Shown: in pieces, positions 20,711 to 31,532 of the stretch
How positions within the stretch are numbered: position 1 is the first letter of the stretch
How the letters are laid out: each line of letters opens with the position of its first letter
Assembly (NCBI GenBank): GCA_035640355.1
Contig: DASQWI010000007.1
Span: forward strand, 10,166 to 74,165
Direction: 5' to 3'
Source of the DNA: Actinomycetota bacterium
GTDB taxonomy: Bacteria > Actinomycetota > UBA4738 > HRBIN12
Length of the DNA: 64,000 bases
Notes under the pieces: generated by a model
Databases searched by the model: none
What the model saw: the letters and a program-made list of their open reading frames with translations, nothing else
What the model was told of the DNA's origin: nothing
Made by a program: the position numbers and the translations under genes

Positions 20711-21763
20711 GTGCGCAAAGCCCGAACGGCGCTCGCCGACATAGAGTTCGGTCCGTCACAGCACCTGCTCGAGGTGCGCGAGCTCGCCGTCGAGTTCAAC
20801 ACGGACTACGGGAACGTCCACGCCGTCAACGGGATCAACTACACCCTCGACGCCGCCGAGACGCTGGCCATCCTGGGCGAGAGCGGCTCCGGAAAGACGG
20901 TGAGCGCGCTGGCCATCATGGGTCTGATCGACCGGCCAGGGCGGATCGCGGAGGGCCAGATCCTCTACAAGGGGATCGACCTTCTGACCCTTCCGATGGC
21001 GGAGCGAAGATCGGTTCGCGGCGCCGAGATCGCCATGATCTTCCAGGACGCGCTATCGGCGCTGAACCCGGTGTTCTCGGTGGGCGACCAGATCGCCGAG
21101 ATGTTCGTGGTGCACAGGGGGATGTCCAAGAGGGAGGGGATGAAGAAGGCGCTCGAGCTGATGGATCGCGTTCGCATCCCGTCCGCGAAGGAACGCCTCC
21201 ACGACTACCCGCATCAGTTCTCGGGCGGGATGCGGCAACGGGTCATGATCGCCATCGGCATCTCGCTCGACCCGGACATCCTGATCGCCGACGAGCCGAG
21301 CACCGCGCTCGACGTGACCGTGCAGGCACAGATCATGGAGCTCCTCCACGACCTCCAGGTGGAGACACAGATGGGTCTCATCCTGATCACGCACGACCTG
21401 GGCGTCGTCGCGGAAGTGGCGGACAAGGTGTGCGTGATGTACGCGGGCAAGATCGTGGAGAAGGCGTCGGTATCAGATGTTTACGAGTCACCCGCCCACC
21501 CGTACACCGAGCGCCTGATGAACTCGATCCCACGCGTGAACCAGAAGGGCGGACGGCTCGACCCGATCAAGGGGGCACCGCCGAGCCTGATGAACATCCC
21601 GCCCGGTTGCCCGTTCCACCCCCGGTGCCCCCGCGCGCGGATCCCCGATCCGTGCAGGAGCGAGGTGCCGCCGCTCCGTGACGTCGTGACGAACCGCCTT
21701 GCGGCATGCCACTTCGCCGAGGAGCTTCTGGCCGAGGAGGGCGTGGAGGTCGTCGCGACGTGA
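20711..21763 (+). CDS. Peptide ABC transporter ATP-binding protein (OppD/DppD-like)
   Basis: Walker A (GESGSGKT), signature LSGGMRQR, and a C-terminal oligopeptide_C extension with cysteines. Confidence 0.9.
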   Translation: MRKARTALADIEFGPSQHLLEVRELAVEFNTDYGNVHAVNGINYTLDAAETLAILGESGSGKTVSALAIMGLIDRPGRIAEGQILYKGIDLLTLPMAERRSVRGAEIAMIFQDALSALNPVFSVGDQIAEMFVVHRGMSKREGMKKALELMDRVRIPSAKERLHDYPHQFSGGMRQRVMIAIGISLDPDILIADEPSTALDVTVQAQIMELLHDLQVETQMGLILITHDLGVVAEVADKVCVMYAGKIVEKASVSDVYESPAHPYTERLMNSIPRVNQKGGRLDPIKGAPPSLMNIPPGCPFHPRCPRARIPDPCRSEVPPLRDVVTNRLAACHFAEELLAEEGVEVVAT

Positions 21764-22812
21764 AGGCGGAGACCCAGGCGCAACCAGGGACGCCGACCGA
21801 GCCGAACCCCGACGCGCTGCTCTCGGTTCGCGGCCTGGTCAAGAACTTCCCGCTGACGCAGGGCATCCTGTTCAAGAAGCACGTCGGGGACGTCCAGGCA
21901 GTCAGCGGAGTTGCGTTCGACCTGAACAAGGGCGAGACGCTCGGGCTCGTCGGCGAGTCCGGCTGCGGCAAGTCGACCGTTGCGCGAGTGCTTCTTCGGC
22001 TGTACGAGCCCACCGCCGGGCGGGCGTACTTCAAGGGGCGCGACGTCTTCTCATTGAACCGCCGCGATCTCCGGCAGCTCCGCCGCGACATCCAGATCAT
22101 CTTCCAGGACCCGTACTCGTCGTTGAACCCGCGTATGACCGTCGGCGACATCGTCGCGGAGCCCTGGGCGATCCATCGAGACGTGGCCTCCCGGCGGGAG
22201 CGCCGCACGCGGGCACAGGACCTGCTGGAACGTGTCGGCCTGAACCCGGACCACGTGAACCGGTACCCGCACCAGTTCTCAGGGGGTCAGCGTCAGCGGA
22301 TCGGCGTCGCTCGGGCCCTCGCCCTGAACCCAGAGATCATCATCTGCGACGAGCCGGTCTCGGCGCTCGACGTCTCGGTCCAGGCGCAGGTGGTCAACCT
22401 GCTGGAGGACCTTCAGGACGAGTTCGGGCTTTCGTACATCTTCATCGCGCACGATCTGTCCGTCGTCCGCCACATCTCCGACCGCGTGGCCGTCATGTAC
22501 CTCGGGAAGATCGTCGAGATCGGCGACGAGGACGAGATCTATGAGCACCCGGCGCACCCGTACACACAGGCGCTGCTGTCGGCAGTCCCCGTTCCGGACC
22601 CGAAGCTCCGCGGCAAGCGCGACCGCATCATCCTGACCGGCGACGTCCCCAGCCCCGCGGACCCGCCGTCCGGGTGCCGGTTCCGAACGCGCTGCTGGAA
22701 GGCGCAGCCCATCTGTGGGCAAGAGGAGCCGGCGCTGACCCCGCGGAGCCGGCCACATCCCGACGCCTGCCACTTCTCCGAGGTGCGCGAGGTCGTTCCT
22801 GTCGAGTCCTGA
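21760..22812 (+). CDS. Peptide ABC transporter ATP-binding protein (OppF/DppF-like)
   Basis: A GTG at 21760 overlaps the preceding TGA. Walker A (GESGCGKST), signature FSGGQRQR, and a C-terminal Cys-containing extension. Confidence 0.88.
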   Translation: MKAETQAQPGTPTEPNPDALLSVRGLVKNFPLTQGILFKKHVGDVQAVSGVAFDLNKGETLGLVGESGCGKSTVARVLLRLYEPTAGRAYFKGRDVFSLNRRDLRQLRRDIQIIFQDPYSSLNPRMTVGDIVAEPWAIHRDVASRRERRTRAQDLLERVGLNPDHVNRYPHQFSGGQRQRIGVARALALNPEIIICDEPVSALDVSVQAQVVNLLEDLQDEFGLSYIFIAHDLSVVRHISDRVAVMYLGKIVEIGDEDEIYEHPAHPYTQALLSAVPVPDPKLRGKRDRIILTGDVPSPADPPSGCRFRTRCWKAQPICGQEEPALTPRSRPHPDACHFSEVREVVPVES

Positions 22813-22960
22813 GCGGCGGGGCACGTAGCGGGCCGCCACCTGCGCGGCAATCCCACCGCGTGCGCTGGGGCGTATATGTGCTCGTGAGCGGGTTGCTCGG
22901 GCTTCGGCGCCGTCGCTAGGATGCCCGAGTTCCCTACAACGCCGGAGATGCGATCGGCGC

Positions 22961-24025
22961 ATGTCGCAACTGCAAACAGAGGTCGGCGCCGGCCCAACCG
23001 AGGTGACGTCGGCGCAGGCCGGTCCGGTCGTCGTCGGCAAGTCTCCGGGTCAGCTCTTCTGGATGCGATTCCGAAGCGATCGGGCCGCGATCGCAGGGCT
23101 CGGAATCCTCGTGCTGCTGGTTCTGTTGGCGTTCACCGCGTCACTGATCTCCAGGTACGTCGTCCACCACGGGCCATACGAGCTGTTTCGAGAAGAGATG
23201 CTGAACGAGTTCGGGCTCCCCAAGGGGCCGAACGCACAGTTCTGGTTCGGCGGGGACCGCGTGGGGAGGGACCTGTTCGTTCGCGTGATCTACGGGATCA
23301 GGACGTCTCTGATCATCGCGCTGTTCGCCACGGCCATCGCCGTCACGATCGGCGTGATCCTCGGCATGACCGCGGGCTACTTCCGCGGGTGGGCCGACAC
23401 GGCGATCGCACGTGGTACGGACGTCATGTTGTCGATGCCGCTGCTCCTGTTCGCCATCGGCATCGTGTCGACGTGCTCCCGCGCGAAGGAAGGATGCCTC
23501 GGCGGCCTGATCAAGCCGGGCGTTCCCGTCGTCATCTTCGTCATCGCGCTGTTCAGCTGGCCGAACATCGCCCGGCTGGTTCGCGGTCAGACGCTGTCGG
23601 TTCGAGAACGGGACTACATCCAGGCAAGTCGAGTGCTCGGGGCGGGAAACGGTTCGATCATGTTCCGCGAGGTGCTCCCGAACCTCATCGCCCCGATCAT
23701 CGTCTATTCGACGCTGGTCATCCCGACGAACATCATCTTCGCGTCGTCGCTGTCGTTCCTGGGTCTCGGAGTCCCCGAGCGAACTCCCGAATGGGGACGG
23801 CAGATCGCTCAGGCCGCTCCGATCTTCGAGATCGCCTGGTGGGCGATGTTCTTCCCCGGTCTGTTCTTGGTCCTTACCACGCTGGCATTCAACCTGGTTG
23901 GCGACGGTCTACGAGACGCGCTCGACCCGCGTCTCTCCACGAAGATCAAGCAGCTCGACGTTCGCGGCCCCGTGGCCGCGACGGGTGGAGCGGAAACACA
24001 GGAAAGCGGCTCGACGGAGAGCTGA
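22961..24025 (+). CDS. Peptide ABC transporter permease (OppC/DppC-like), second system
   Basis: OppC_N-like N-terminus (SPGQLFWMRFRSDRAAIAGLGIL) plus a permease domain. Confidence 0.88.
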   Translation: MSQLQTEVGAGPTEVTSAQAGPVVVGKSPGQLFWMRFRSDRAAIAGLGILVLLVLLAFTASLISRYVVHHGPYELFREEMLNEFGLPKGPNAQFWFGGDRVGRDLFVRVIYGIRTSLIIALFATAIAVTIGVILGMTAGYFRGWADTAIARGTDVMLSMPLLLFAIGIVSTCSRAKEGCLGGLIKPGVPVVIFVIALFSWPNIARLVRGQTLSVRERDYIQASRVLGAGNGSIMFREVLPNLIAPIIVYSTLVIPTNIIFASSLSFLGLGVPERTPEWGRQIAQAAPIFEIAWWAMFFPGLFLVLTTLAFNLVGDGLRDALDPRLSTKIKQLDVRGPVAATGGAETQESGSTES

Positions 24026-24038
24026 GAGAGGGGGCAAG

Positions 24039-25937
24039 GTGAGAAGAGGACGCATGCTACCGGCGGTCGCGTTTCTCGCGATCGTGGCGATGGTCGCCGT
24101 CGCTTGCGGCGGCGACGACGAGGAAGGGCCGGCGCAAACCGGTCCCGACGGTGCTACGGGCGAGGTTCAGACTGGCGGCACCTACCGCATGGAGACCGAC
24201 GGGATCGCCTACACCAGCGGCGGCGACCCCACGGGCGAGTACCTGGGCATCTCGTTCGGCATCTTCACGAACCTGTTGCAGCGCACGCTGCTCACGTATC
24301 CGCATACCGGTGGCGAGGCGGGCAACAGCCTCGTACCGGACCTCGCCGAGGACATGCCGGAGGTGAGTGCCGACGGCCTGACCTACACGTACCACCTGAA
24401 GGACGGCATCATGTTCGGGCCGCCCCTCAGCCGCGAGATCACGTCCGCGGACGTCGAGTTCGCGTTCCGGCGGATCGCGACCGAATCACTCGTGGCGCAG
24501 TACGGGTTCTACTACTACGGGCTCATCGACGGGTTCGAGGCGGGAAAGGACCCGGGCCCCGGTGGTATCCCCGGAATCACGACGCCGGACGACAAGACGA
24601 TCGTCTTCGAGCTGACGAGGCTCGCGCCCGAGTTCGAGTTCCTGACGGCGATGCCGGCCGCAGGGCCGATGCCGGAAGAGGTCGCCGGCTGCTTCACCGA
24701 GGCGGGGGAGTACGGGCGCTACGTGATCTCCTCGGGTCCGTACATGTACGAGGGGACCGATCAGCTCGACGCGTCGAGCTGTGACGCGCTGACGGGCTCG
24801 GGCCCGATCTCCGGGTTCGACCCCGAGGACCACTCGTACTTCGTTCGCAACCCCGACTACGACCCGGCGACTGACGACCCCACGGTCCGCGCGAACTACG
24901 TCGACGGGATCAACATCGACCTGAACACCAACGTCGCGGACATCTACGACAAGATCGAGCGCGGCGAGCTGGACGGCGCCGTCTCCTCGGGTAACCCGCC
25001 GGCCGACGTGCTCCAGCGGTACTCGACGAGCGAGGAGCTGCAGGACCGGTTGAAGTCAGGCAACGACGACCGCACGTGGTACATCACGATGAACCTGACA
25101 ACGCCACCGTTCGACGACATCCACGTTCGAAAAGCGGTGAACCTGGTGATGGACAAGGCCAGCATCCTGCAGGCCTGGGGCGGCCAGATCAGCGGCGAAG
25201 TCGCCACGCACATCCAGCCGCCGAACATGACCGGAGGCAGTCCGACGAACGAGGAGTACGACCCGTATCCCACGCCGAACTGGGCCGGCGACCTCGACGC
25301 GGCGAAGGAAGAGATGCGCCAATCGGCGTATGACAGCGACGGCGACGGCGTGTGCGATGCTCCGGAGTGCTCAGGGCTCCTGATGGTGAACCGGAACACG
25401 TCGCCGTGGACGGAGTCCGAGCCGGTCGTCGTGGACGCGCTGGCGCAGATCGGGATCGAGGTCGACGTTCGGGAGGCCGAGGACCACTACACGATCATCC
25501 AGACCGTCTCCAACGAGACGCCGCTCGGGATGAACCCGGGATGGGGCAAGGACTTCCCGGACTCATCGTCGTTCGTGGGATTCCTGTTCGACGGGCGCGG
25601 CATCGCGTGCGAGGGCAACTTCAACTACTCGCTCGTCGGCCTTACGCGCGAGAAGGCGGAGGAGTGCGGCATCGACTTCGTGGAGACTCCCAACGTCGAC
25701 GCCGACATCGACAACTGCAAGCAGGTCGCGCTCGAGGGCGACGCCGCAGCCACGAACGAGTGCTGGCTGGCACTGGACGAGAAGCTGATGGAGGAGGTCG
25801 TGCCGTGGGTCCCGTACCTGTGGCCGAACATCCTCACGACGATCGGTCCGGCGGTGACGGCGTGGGACTTCGACCAGTTCGCCGGCGTGACGGCGTTCTC
25901 GAAGGTCGCGGTCGACCAGTCGGCACAGGGCGCCTAG
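24039..25937 (+). CDS. ABC transporter substrate-binding lipoprotein, family 5, second system
   Basis: Signal peptide with lipobox (MLPAVAFLAIVAMVAVACGGDDEEG). Start GTG 24039 or ATG 24054. The track ORF is extended to 23898, overlapping the previous gene. Confidence 0.85.
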   Translation: MRRGRMLPAVAFLAIVAMVAVACGGDDEEGPAQTGPDGATGEVQTGGTYRMETDGIAYTSGGDPTGEYLGISFGIFTNLLQRTLLTYPHTGGEAGNSLVPDLAEDMPEVSADGLTYTYHLKDGIMFGPPLSREITSADVEFAFRRIATESLVAQYGFYYYGLIDGFEAGKDPGPGGIPGITTPDDKTIVFELTRLAPEFEFLTAMPAAGPMPEEVAGCFTEAGEYGRYVISSGPYMYEGTDQLDASSCDALTGSGPISGFDPEDHSYFVRNPDYDPATDDPTVRANYVDGINIDLNTNVADIYDKIERGELDGAVSSGNPPADVLQRYSTSEELQDRLKSGNDDRTWYITMNLTTPPFDDIHVRKAVNLVMDKASILQAWGGQISGEVATHIQPPNMTGGSPTNEEYDPYPTPNWAGDLDAAKEEMRQSAYDSDGDGVCDAPECSGLLMVNRNTSPWTESEPVVVDALAQIGIEVDVREAEDHYTIIQTVSNETPLGMNPGWGKDFPDSSSFVGFLFDGRGIACEGNFNYSLVGLTREKAEECGIDFVETPNVDADIDNCKQVALEGDAAATNECWLALDEKLMEEVVPWVPYLWPNILTTIGPAVTAWDFDQFAGVTAFSKVAVDQSAQGA

Positions 25938-26068
25938 GGGTCGGGAGCACCGGGAGCCGTCGCCCAGGGAAGCCTGGGCGACGGCTGTCCCGTTCCACCC
26001 CATACAATCGCCCTACGTGGACGTTCGCAGCGGCTTCCCTCTACGTGACCGCGGTCTGAGGAACCTGC

Positions 26069-27034
26069 ATGGGTAGGTACCTGATCCGGCGTCTGCTCTG
26101 GGTCGTGCTGGTGCTCTTCCTGGTCACGTTGTTCACGTTCGTGATCTTCTTCGTCATGCCGCCGACCGATCCTTCGATCCTGTTCGCCGGCAGGGCCCCC
26201 ACTCCCCGCCTGATCGCGCAGGTCAAGGAGTCCCTCGGCCTCGACGAGCCCGCCTACATGCAGTACCTGCTCTTCGTGCAGCGCATCTTCCTCGGCGACG
26301 AGTACGGATGGCCGGGCTTCGGGTTCTCGTTCCTTACCCGATCGCCCATCAGGCCGGTGCTGTTCGACCGGGCCCTCGTCACGTTCCAGCTCGCCGCCGG
26401 GGCGGCGGTGCTGTGGCTCATCGTCGGTGTGGTCATCGGGATCATCTCCGCCCTGAACCGGGGCAAGGTCGCGGACAGGCTGGCGATGGGGTTCGTGCTT
26501 CTCGGTGTGTCCGCGCCAGTCTTCTGGCTCGGCCTCATAGCGCTCTGGGTGTTCTGGCAGCAGCTCAAGGTGCTGCCCGGCACCGGGTTCGTTTCCCTCA
26601 CGGACGACCCGTCCCAGTGGTTCCTCCACATGATCCTTCCCTGGTCCGTGCTGGCGCTGCTGTTCGCCGCGTTCTATGCGCGCATGGTGCGGAGCAACCT
26701 TCTCGAGACGCTCAGCGAGGATTACATTCGAACGGCGCGCGCGAAGGGCCTGTCCGAACGCAAGGTCGTGTTCAAGCACGCGCTCCGCTCGAGCCTCACG
26801 CCGATCGTGTCGCTGTTCGGCGTCGACTTCGGCCAGCTCCTCGGCGGGGCGATCATCACGGAGACCGTCTTCAACCTTCCCGGTCTGGGGACGTACGTCG
26901 TTCGAGCGACCGGGAACGGCGACCTGCCGGTGATCCTGGCGGTCGTCGTGCTCGCAGGGCTCGGCGTGGCCATCATGAGTCTCGTCGTCGACGTGCTGTA
27001 CGCGTTCCTCGATCCGCGGATCAAATACGCATGA
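26069..27034 (+). CDS. Peptide ABC transporter permease (OppB/DppB-like), second system
   Basis: MGRYLIRRLLWVVLVLF start. A GAGGAA RBS lies 5 nt upstream. Confidence 0.9.
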   Translation: MGRYLIRRLLWVVLVLFLVTLFTFVIFFVMPPTDPSILFAGRAPTPRLIAQVKESLGLDEPAYMQYLLFVQRIFLGDEYGWPGFGFSFLTRSPIRPVLFDRALVTFQLAAGAAVLWLIVGVVIGIISALNRGKVADRLAMGFVLLGVSAPVFWLGLIALWVFWQQLKVLPGTGFVSLTDDPSQWFLHMILPWSVLALLFAAFYARMVRSNLLETLSEDYIRTARAKGLSERKVVFKHALRSSLTPIVSLFGVDFGQLLGGAIITETVFNLPGLGTYVVRATGNGDLPVILAVVVLAGLGVAIMSLVVDVLYAFLDPRIKYA

Positions 27035-28071
27035 TCGACGGCACGCCCCGTGTCTCGTCCGCCGAGCCGCTCATGGAGGTTCGGAACCTGAGGGTTCACT
27101 TCCCGACGGCGGACGGGGTCGTCAAGGCCGTCGACGGGGTGAGCTTCGCCATCGATGCCGGCGAGACGCTGGGCGTGGTCGGTGAGTCGGGCTCCGGGAA
27201 GAGCGTCACGTTCCTCACCGTGATGGGGCTCGTCACGTCGAAGCAGGCACACATCGAAGGCGAGATCCTGTTCCGGGGCCAAGATCTGCTCCGCCTACCC
27301 GACGAGGAGCTCCGTCACTTCCGCGGCAAGCTGATGGGGATGGTGTTCCAGGACGCGATGACGTCGCTTCACCCCTTCTACACGGTCGGGGAGCAGATCG
27401 TGGAGGCCGTCCGCGCGCACGAGAAGGCGTCGAAGAAGGAGGCCTGGGATCGGGCCGTCGACATGCTCAACCTCGTGGGTATTCCCAAGCCCGCCGAACG
27501 CGCACGCCAGTACCCACACGAGTACTCGGGCGGCATGCGGCAGCGCGTGATGATCGCCATGGCCCTCGCCCTGAACCCGGACCTGCTGATCGCGGACGAG
27601 CCGACCACCGCGCTCGACGTGACGGTGCAGGCGCAGATCCTTGAGCTCATCGACCGCCTGAAGCAGGAGTTCCGCATGGCGGTCGTGCTGATCACGCACG
27701 ACCTCGGCGTCGTCGCCGAACACTGCGATGACATCCAGGTCATGTACGCCGGCACGATCGTCGAGGCGGGCCGGACGCGCGACATCTATTACGACGCGCA
27801 CCACCCGTACACGTGGGGCCTGCTGCAGTCGATCCCGCGACTCGACAGCGACGAGGATGAGCCGCTCCACCCCATCAAGGGGCTGCCGCCGTCGCTGATC
27901 TTCGTCCCGTCGGGGTGCCCGTTCCACCCGCGATGCCCGTACGTCATGGACGTCTGCCGGGAGATCGTGCCCCCGCTCCTCCCATCGGACGGGCACCACG
28001 CGTCCGCGTGTCACCTCTCACTCGCGGAGAAGGAACGGATCTTCCGCGAGCAGGTCCTCGAGCGGGCATGA
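27031..28071 (+). CDS. Peptide ABC transporter ATP-binding protein (OppD-like), second system
   Basis: The ATG at 27031 overlaps the permease stop (ATGA). Walker A (GESGSGKS), signature YSGGMRQR, and a Cys-rich C-terminus. The track ORF 26308..28071 is a fused out-of-frame extension. Confidence 0.9.
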   Translation: MIDGTPRVSSAEPLMEVRNLRVHFPTADGVVKAVDGVSFAIDAGETLGVVGESGSGKSVTFLTVMGLVTSKQAHIEGEILFRGQDLLRLPDEELRHFRGKLMGMVFQDAMTSLHPFYTVGEQIVEAVRAHEKASKKEAWDRAVDMLNLVGIPKPAERARQYPHEYSGGMRQRVMIAMALALNPDLLIADEPTTALDVTVQAQILELIDRLKQEFRMAVVLITHDLGVVAEHCDDIQVMYAGTIVEAGRTRDIYYDAHHPYTWGLLQSIPRLDSDEDEPLHPIKGLPPSLIFVPSGCPFHPRCPYVMDVCREIVPPLLPSDGHHASACHLSLAEKERIFREQVLERA

Positions 28072-29156
28072 CGCTCGTCGATCGAACGCCCACGACGTCG
28101 GACGGCAGGCCTCCGCGCACACCGCTCCTTCGGATCGAGAGCGTGAAGAAGCACTTCCCGATCACGAGAGGCGTGATCTTCCAGAAGAAGATCGGGCAGG
28201 TGCACGCGGTCGACGGCGTCGACCTCGACGTCTACCCCGGCGAGACCCTCGGCCTCGTCGGAGAGACCGGCTGTGGCAAGTCGACGCTGGCGAGGCTGAT
28301 CCTCAAGGTCTACGACGTGACCGAGGGGCGGTTGTACTTCGACGGGGACGACTACACGAACTTCGGTCGCCGGCAGATGCGGCCGCTTCGCAGGCAGATC
28401 CAGATGGTGTTCCAGGACCCGTACGCATCGCTGAACCCGCGAAAGACGGTCGGCTCGATCATCGCGGATCCGTTCCGTATCCACGGCTCGGTGCCGAAGG
28501 ACAAGATCAAGTCGAACGTCGAAGAATTGATGGAGCTCGTCGGGCTGAACCCCGAGCACTACAACCGATATCCGCACGAGTTCTCCGGCGGACAGCGTCA
28601 ACGGATCGGCGTCGCGCGTGCCCTCGCCCTCCGACCGAGGCTGATCGTGTGCGACGAGCCCGTCTCGGCACTCGACGTCTCGATCCAGGCCCAGATCATC
28701 AACTTGCTCGAACGCCTCCAGTCGGACTTCGGTCTGACGTACATCTTCATCGCGCACGACCTGTCGGTCGTGAAGCACGTCTCGGACCGGGTCGCCGTGA
28801 TGTACCTGGGGAAGGTCGTTGAGGTCGCCGGCGGTTCGACGCTGTACCGATACCCGAAGCACCCGTATACGGGTGCGCTTCTCTCATCCGTTCCCATCCC
28901 GGACCCGGATCTGTCGGCGCACAAGAAGCGGATCGTGCTCGAGGGCGACGTGCCGAGCCCGATCGACCCGCCGTCGGGCTGCCGCTTCCACCCCAGGTGC
29001 CCGCGGAGCCGGGAAGTGGCTGCCGAAGCCGGGTACGCGGACCAGCCCCACCCACGGTGCCGGGATGAGGAGCCCGCCCTCGCGCCGCACCATCCCGGCC
29101 AGGTCGCGGCGTGCCATTTCCCGCTCGAGGACCGGGCGGAGATCCAGGCGTCTTAA
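28068..29156 (+). CDS. Peptide ABC transporter ATP-binding protein (OppF-like), second system
   Basis: The ATG at 28068 overlaps the upstream stop (ATGA). Walker A (GETGCGKST), signature FSGGQRQR. The track ORF 27915..29156 is extended. Confidence 0.9.
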   Translation: MTLVDRTPTTSDGRPPRTPLLRIESVKKHFPITRGVIFQKKIGQVHAVDGVDLDVYPGETLGLVGETGCGKSTLARLILKVYDVTEGRLYFDGDDYTNFGRRQMRPLRRQIQMVFQDPYASLNPRKTVGSIIADPFRIHGSVPKDKIKSNVEELMELVGLNPEHYNRYPHEFSGGQRQRIGVARALALRPRLIVCDEPVSALDVSIQAQIINLLERLQSDFGLTYIFIAHDLSVVKHVSDRVAVMYLGKVVEVAGGSTLYRYPKHPYTGALLSSVPIPDPDLSAHKKRIVLEGDVPSPIDPPSGCRFHPRCPRSREVAAEAGYADQPHPRCRDEEPALAPHHPGQVAACHFPLEDRAEIQAS

Positions 29157-29192
29157 CGGCGTCTCCCATTCCGGCCGGTAGACTGGGTCGCC

Positions 29193-29417
29193 GTGCTGGA
29201 CGTCGTCGCCCTCGTGCTGAACATCCTGTCGAGCCTGTTCCTCATCGTGTTCATCCTGCTGCACTCGGGGAAGGGGAGCGGGCTGTCGGACATGTTCGGC
29301 GGGTCGTCGAGCCTGTCAGGCGGCACGTCGCTCGAGCGCCGGCTGGACCGGATCACCGTCGCTACTGGTCTGATCTTCGGTCTGAGCACGTTCTGGCTGT
29401 CTTGGCAGTGGAAGTAA
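29193..29417 (+). CDS. secG: Preprotein translocase subunit SecG
   Basis: 74 aa with two TM helices and a Gly/Ser-rich loop (HSGKGSGLSDMFGGSSSLSGG), typical of SecG. GTG start. Confidence 0.85.
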   Translation: MLDVVALVLNILSSLFLIVFILLHSGKGSGLSDMFGGSSSLSGGTSLERRLDRITVATGLIFGLSTFWLSWQWK

Positions 29418-29460
29418 GGTCCGAGGGCAAACGCGCCGTTGGTAGTATCGATGTTCACCC

Positions 29461-29549
29461 GTCGGAGTGGCGGAACTAGGTAGACGCGCTAGGTTGAGGG
29501 CCTAGTGGGCGCATAGCCCGTGGGGGTTCAAATCCCCCCTCCGACACCA
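29461..29549 (+). tRNA. tRNA-Leu, anticodon GAG
   Basis: Cloverleaf folded by hand. Acceptor stem GTCGGAG/CTCCGAC. Anticodon stem CTAGG/CCTAG with loop TTGAGGG. Long variable arm. T-arm GGGGG-TTCAAAT-CCCCC. Discriminator A and encoded CCA. Confidence 0.85.
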
Positions 29550-29910
29550 AATGTGTGTCTCGGGACATCGTTCACACGTTTCCCGCGACATCGTTCCACC
29601 TCAGCTCATGGGCTGTTAGTCGCGGCTCGGATCCAGAACAAGCTTGCATTGCAGTTCTCCGTCCTCACTCACGAGCGTGCGACTGAGAGGCACGGAATGG
29701 CCGCACGTTGTCGTAGGAGGCGTCGACGGCATCCAGTCGGGAAGATCTCGCCGATAGTTAGTGCCTGGGCTGCGATGCGAGCCGGCGCTCGAGGGTTCGA
29801 TGGGAACCCGGTCGACCTCACCGCTCTCGTCCGCGGGCTCGCGTCCGACGTGGGCACGAGACCACGCCCCCAGTTGACAAGCGGATCCTACGTTCGCAGC
29901 GACCGGTAGA

Positions 29911-31295
29911 TCACATGCCCGGGTTCGTCGGGCCGCCGACGTAGTTGTGCCCCTCGCCCCACGTCATGACGGCTCGGTTCCCGAGCAGATCGATCCCCTG
30001 GTAGTCGCCGTAGGGAAACTCGAAGCCGTTCGGGTGCGATTCGGAGCGGTCCGGATCGAACTCGGAGACGCGAACGCTTGGCCCCGTCCACGAGATACCG
30101 CCATCTGTCGACGTGCGATACCAGACGTTCCATCCGTTGTTGTGGTCGAGCGGCGTGCCAAGACGGTCGTCCATCCAGATCACGCTGATCTGGCCCGCGT
30201 TGCCCCCCTCGACCCTCGGGTACAGCGCGTAACACGCCCCACCCGCGCAACCGGTGGAGGTCTTGTCGTCCACGCGACCGACGTATTCCCAATTCTCCGA
30301 CTCTGTGCAGTCGGACCCGGCCGAGCAGCTCGAGAGCTGCACGATGGTGGGGCGGCCGGGTTTGTCGGGGAGGTTGTCCTGCCACACGAGGTACAGGTTT
30401 CCGGCGGCGTCGATGGCGATGTCGTCCTGGGGCCCCCAGTAGGCGAAGCCGCACGAACCGGCCGGCGGACAGTGCGGACCGGCGGTGCCCTCGGCCACCG
30501 GGCAAACTTCGTGTTCGACGTCCCGGCGACCGTCTTCGACACCTGGTAGATCGCCGCGGTGGTGCCGGTGCAACTGCCGAAGCAGTCTCCCCACGCGAAC
30601 CAGGCGTTCCCTGCGGGATCGAGGACGGCCCCTTCCGGAAACGCGACGTGCGTGTCCTCGAGGACGAGGCTCTCCGACCAGGTCGCGCCACCGTCCGACG
30701 ATCGTGACAGAAAGTGGTCCTCGCCAGAGGCGTACATCACGTACACGTTGTCGTCGTGAGCGACGAGCCACGGGTGATCGCACGCCGTGCAGAGCGGCCC
30801 GTTGATCTTGGTCGTGGTCCAGGTGGCGCCGTGATCGGACGACTTGGCGACGAGGACGTCGGTGGCGAAGCCGCTCCCGTACGCGAGGAAGCTCACGTAG
30901 ACGTCCTCGCTGACGTCATCAACCGTCACGACGACGTCCACGACGTTCGGGTAGCCGAGCCGAGGCAGAGCGACGAGCGGGCCGAATGTCCTTCCGGCGT
31001 CGTCGGATGAGCGGACGAAGATCTCGCGTGGGCCGCCCGCGGCGGCGTCGCACGAGGAATCTCCCGGGAAATGGGCGATCCCCACGTAAACGTGCGTACC
31101 TGCCGCGGCGATCTCTGGTTCCCAGTCATCCCCGCCGCAGAACCCCACGTTGGTCGCCCCGGTCGCGGTGAGAGAATCAGGCGGGGCGGCACCGGCGACG
31201 ATGGGAGCCAAGGCGAACACGAGGGCCGCCGCGGCGACCAACGACATCACCGAACGCGTCGCGAAACCCGGACCGGCGGTGCGGATGTGAGTCAC
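29911..31295 (-). pseudogene. BNR/Asp-box repeat (sialidase-like beta-propeller) secreted protein, disrupted by a frameshift near 30510-30535
   Basis: Two overlapping minus-strand ORFs in different frames (30180..31295 and 29911..30783). Each is meaningful only in its 5' or 3' part. Asp-box motifs are SSDDAGRTF, SSDHGATW, SSDGGATW and STDGGISW. The span of 1385 nt is not a multiple of 3. Confidence 0.6.
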
Positions 31296-31532
31296 GTCAC
31301 CTACCTCCTCGGTCGTCGTCGAGGTGCAGTCCTGCGTGACCGGACCGCATCTGGAGGCCGAGCCTAGGAAGGGCTGGCGTCGCGTGCAACTCGGGCACGC
31401 GTTCCAGTCGTGGCGGACATCCGGTCGGCCACCGAGTTTGCGCGAAAACGCCAGGCCGTCCTAGGTTGAAGCGCATCGACCGCGTCGAAGCCCGTGGCTC
31501 GTGTGGTTTGTGAGCTCGCAAGGAGGCATTAG

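Noticed and set aside
29520-29909. 129-aa plus-strand ORF overlapping the 3' half of tRNA-Leu and the lower-GC spacer
   Set aside because: Overlaps a confidently folded tRNA. The composition is non-coding-like and there is no RBS.
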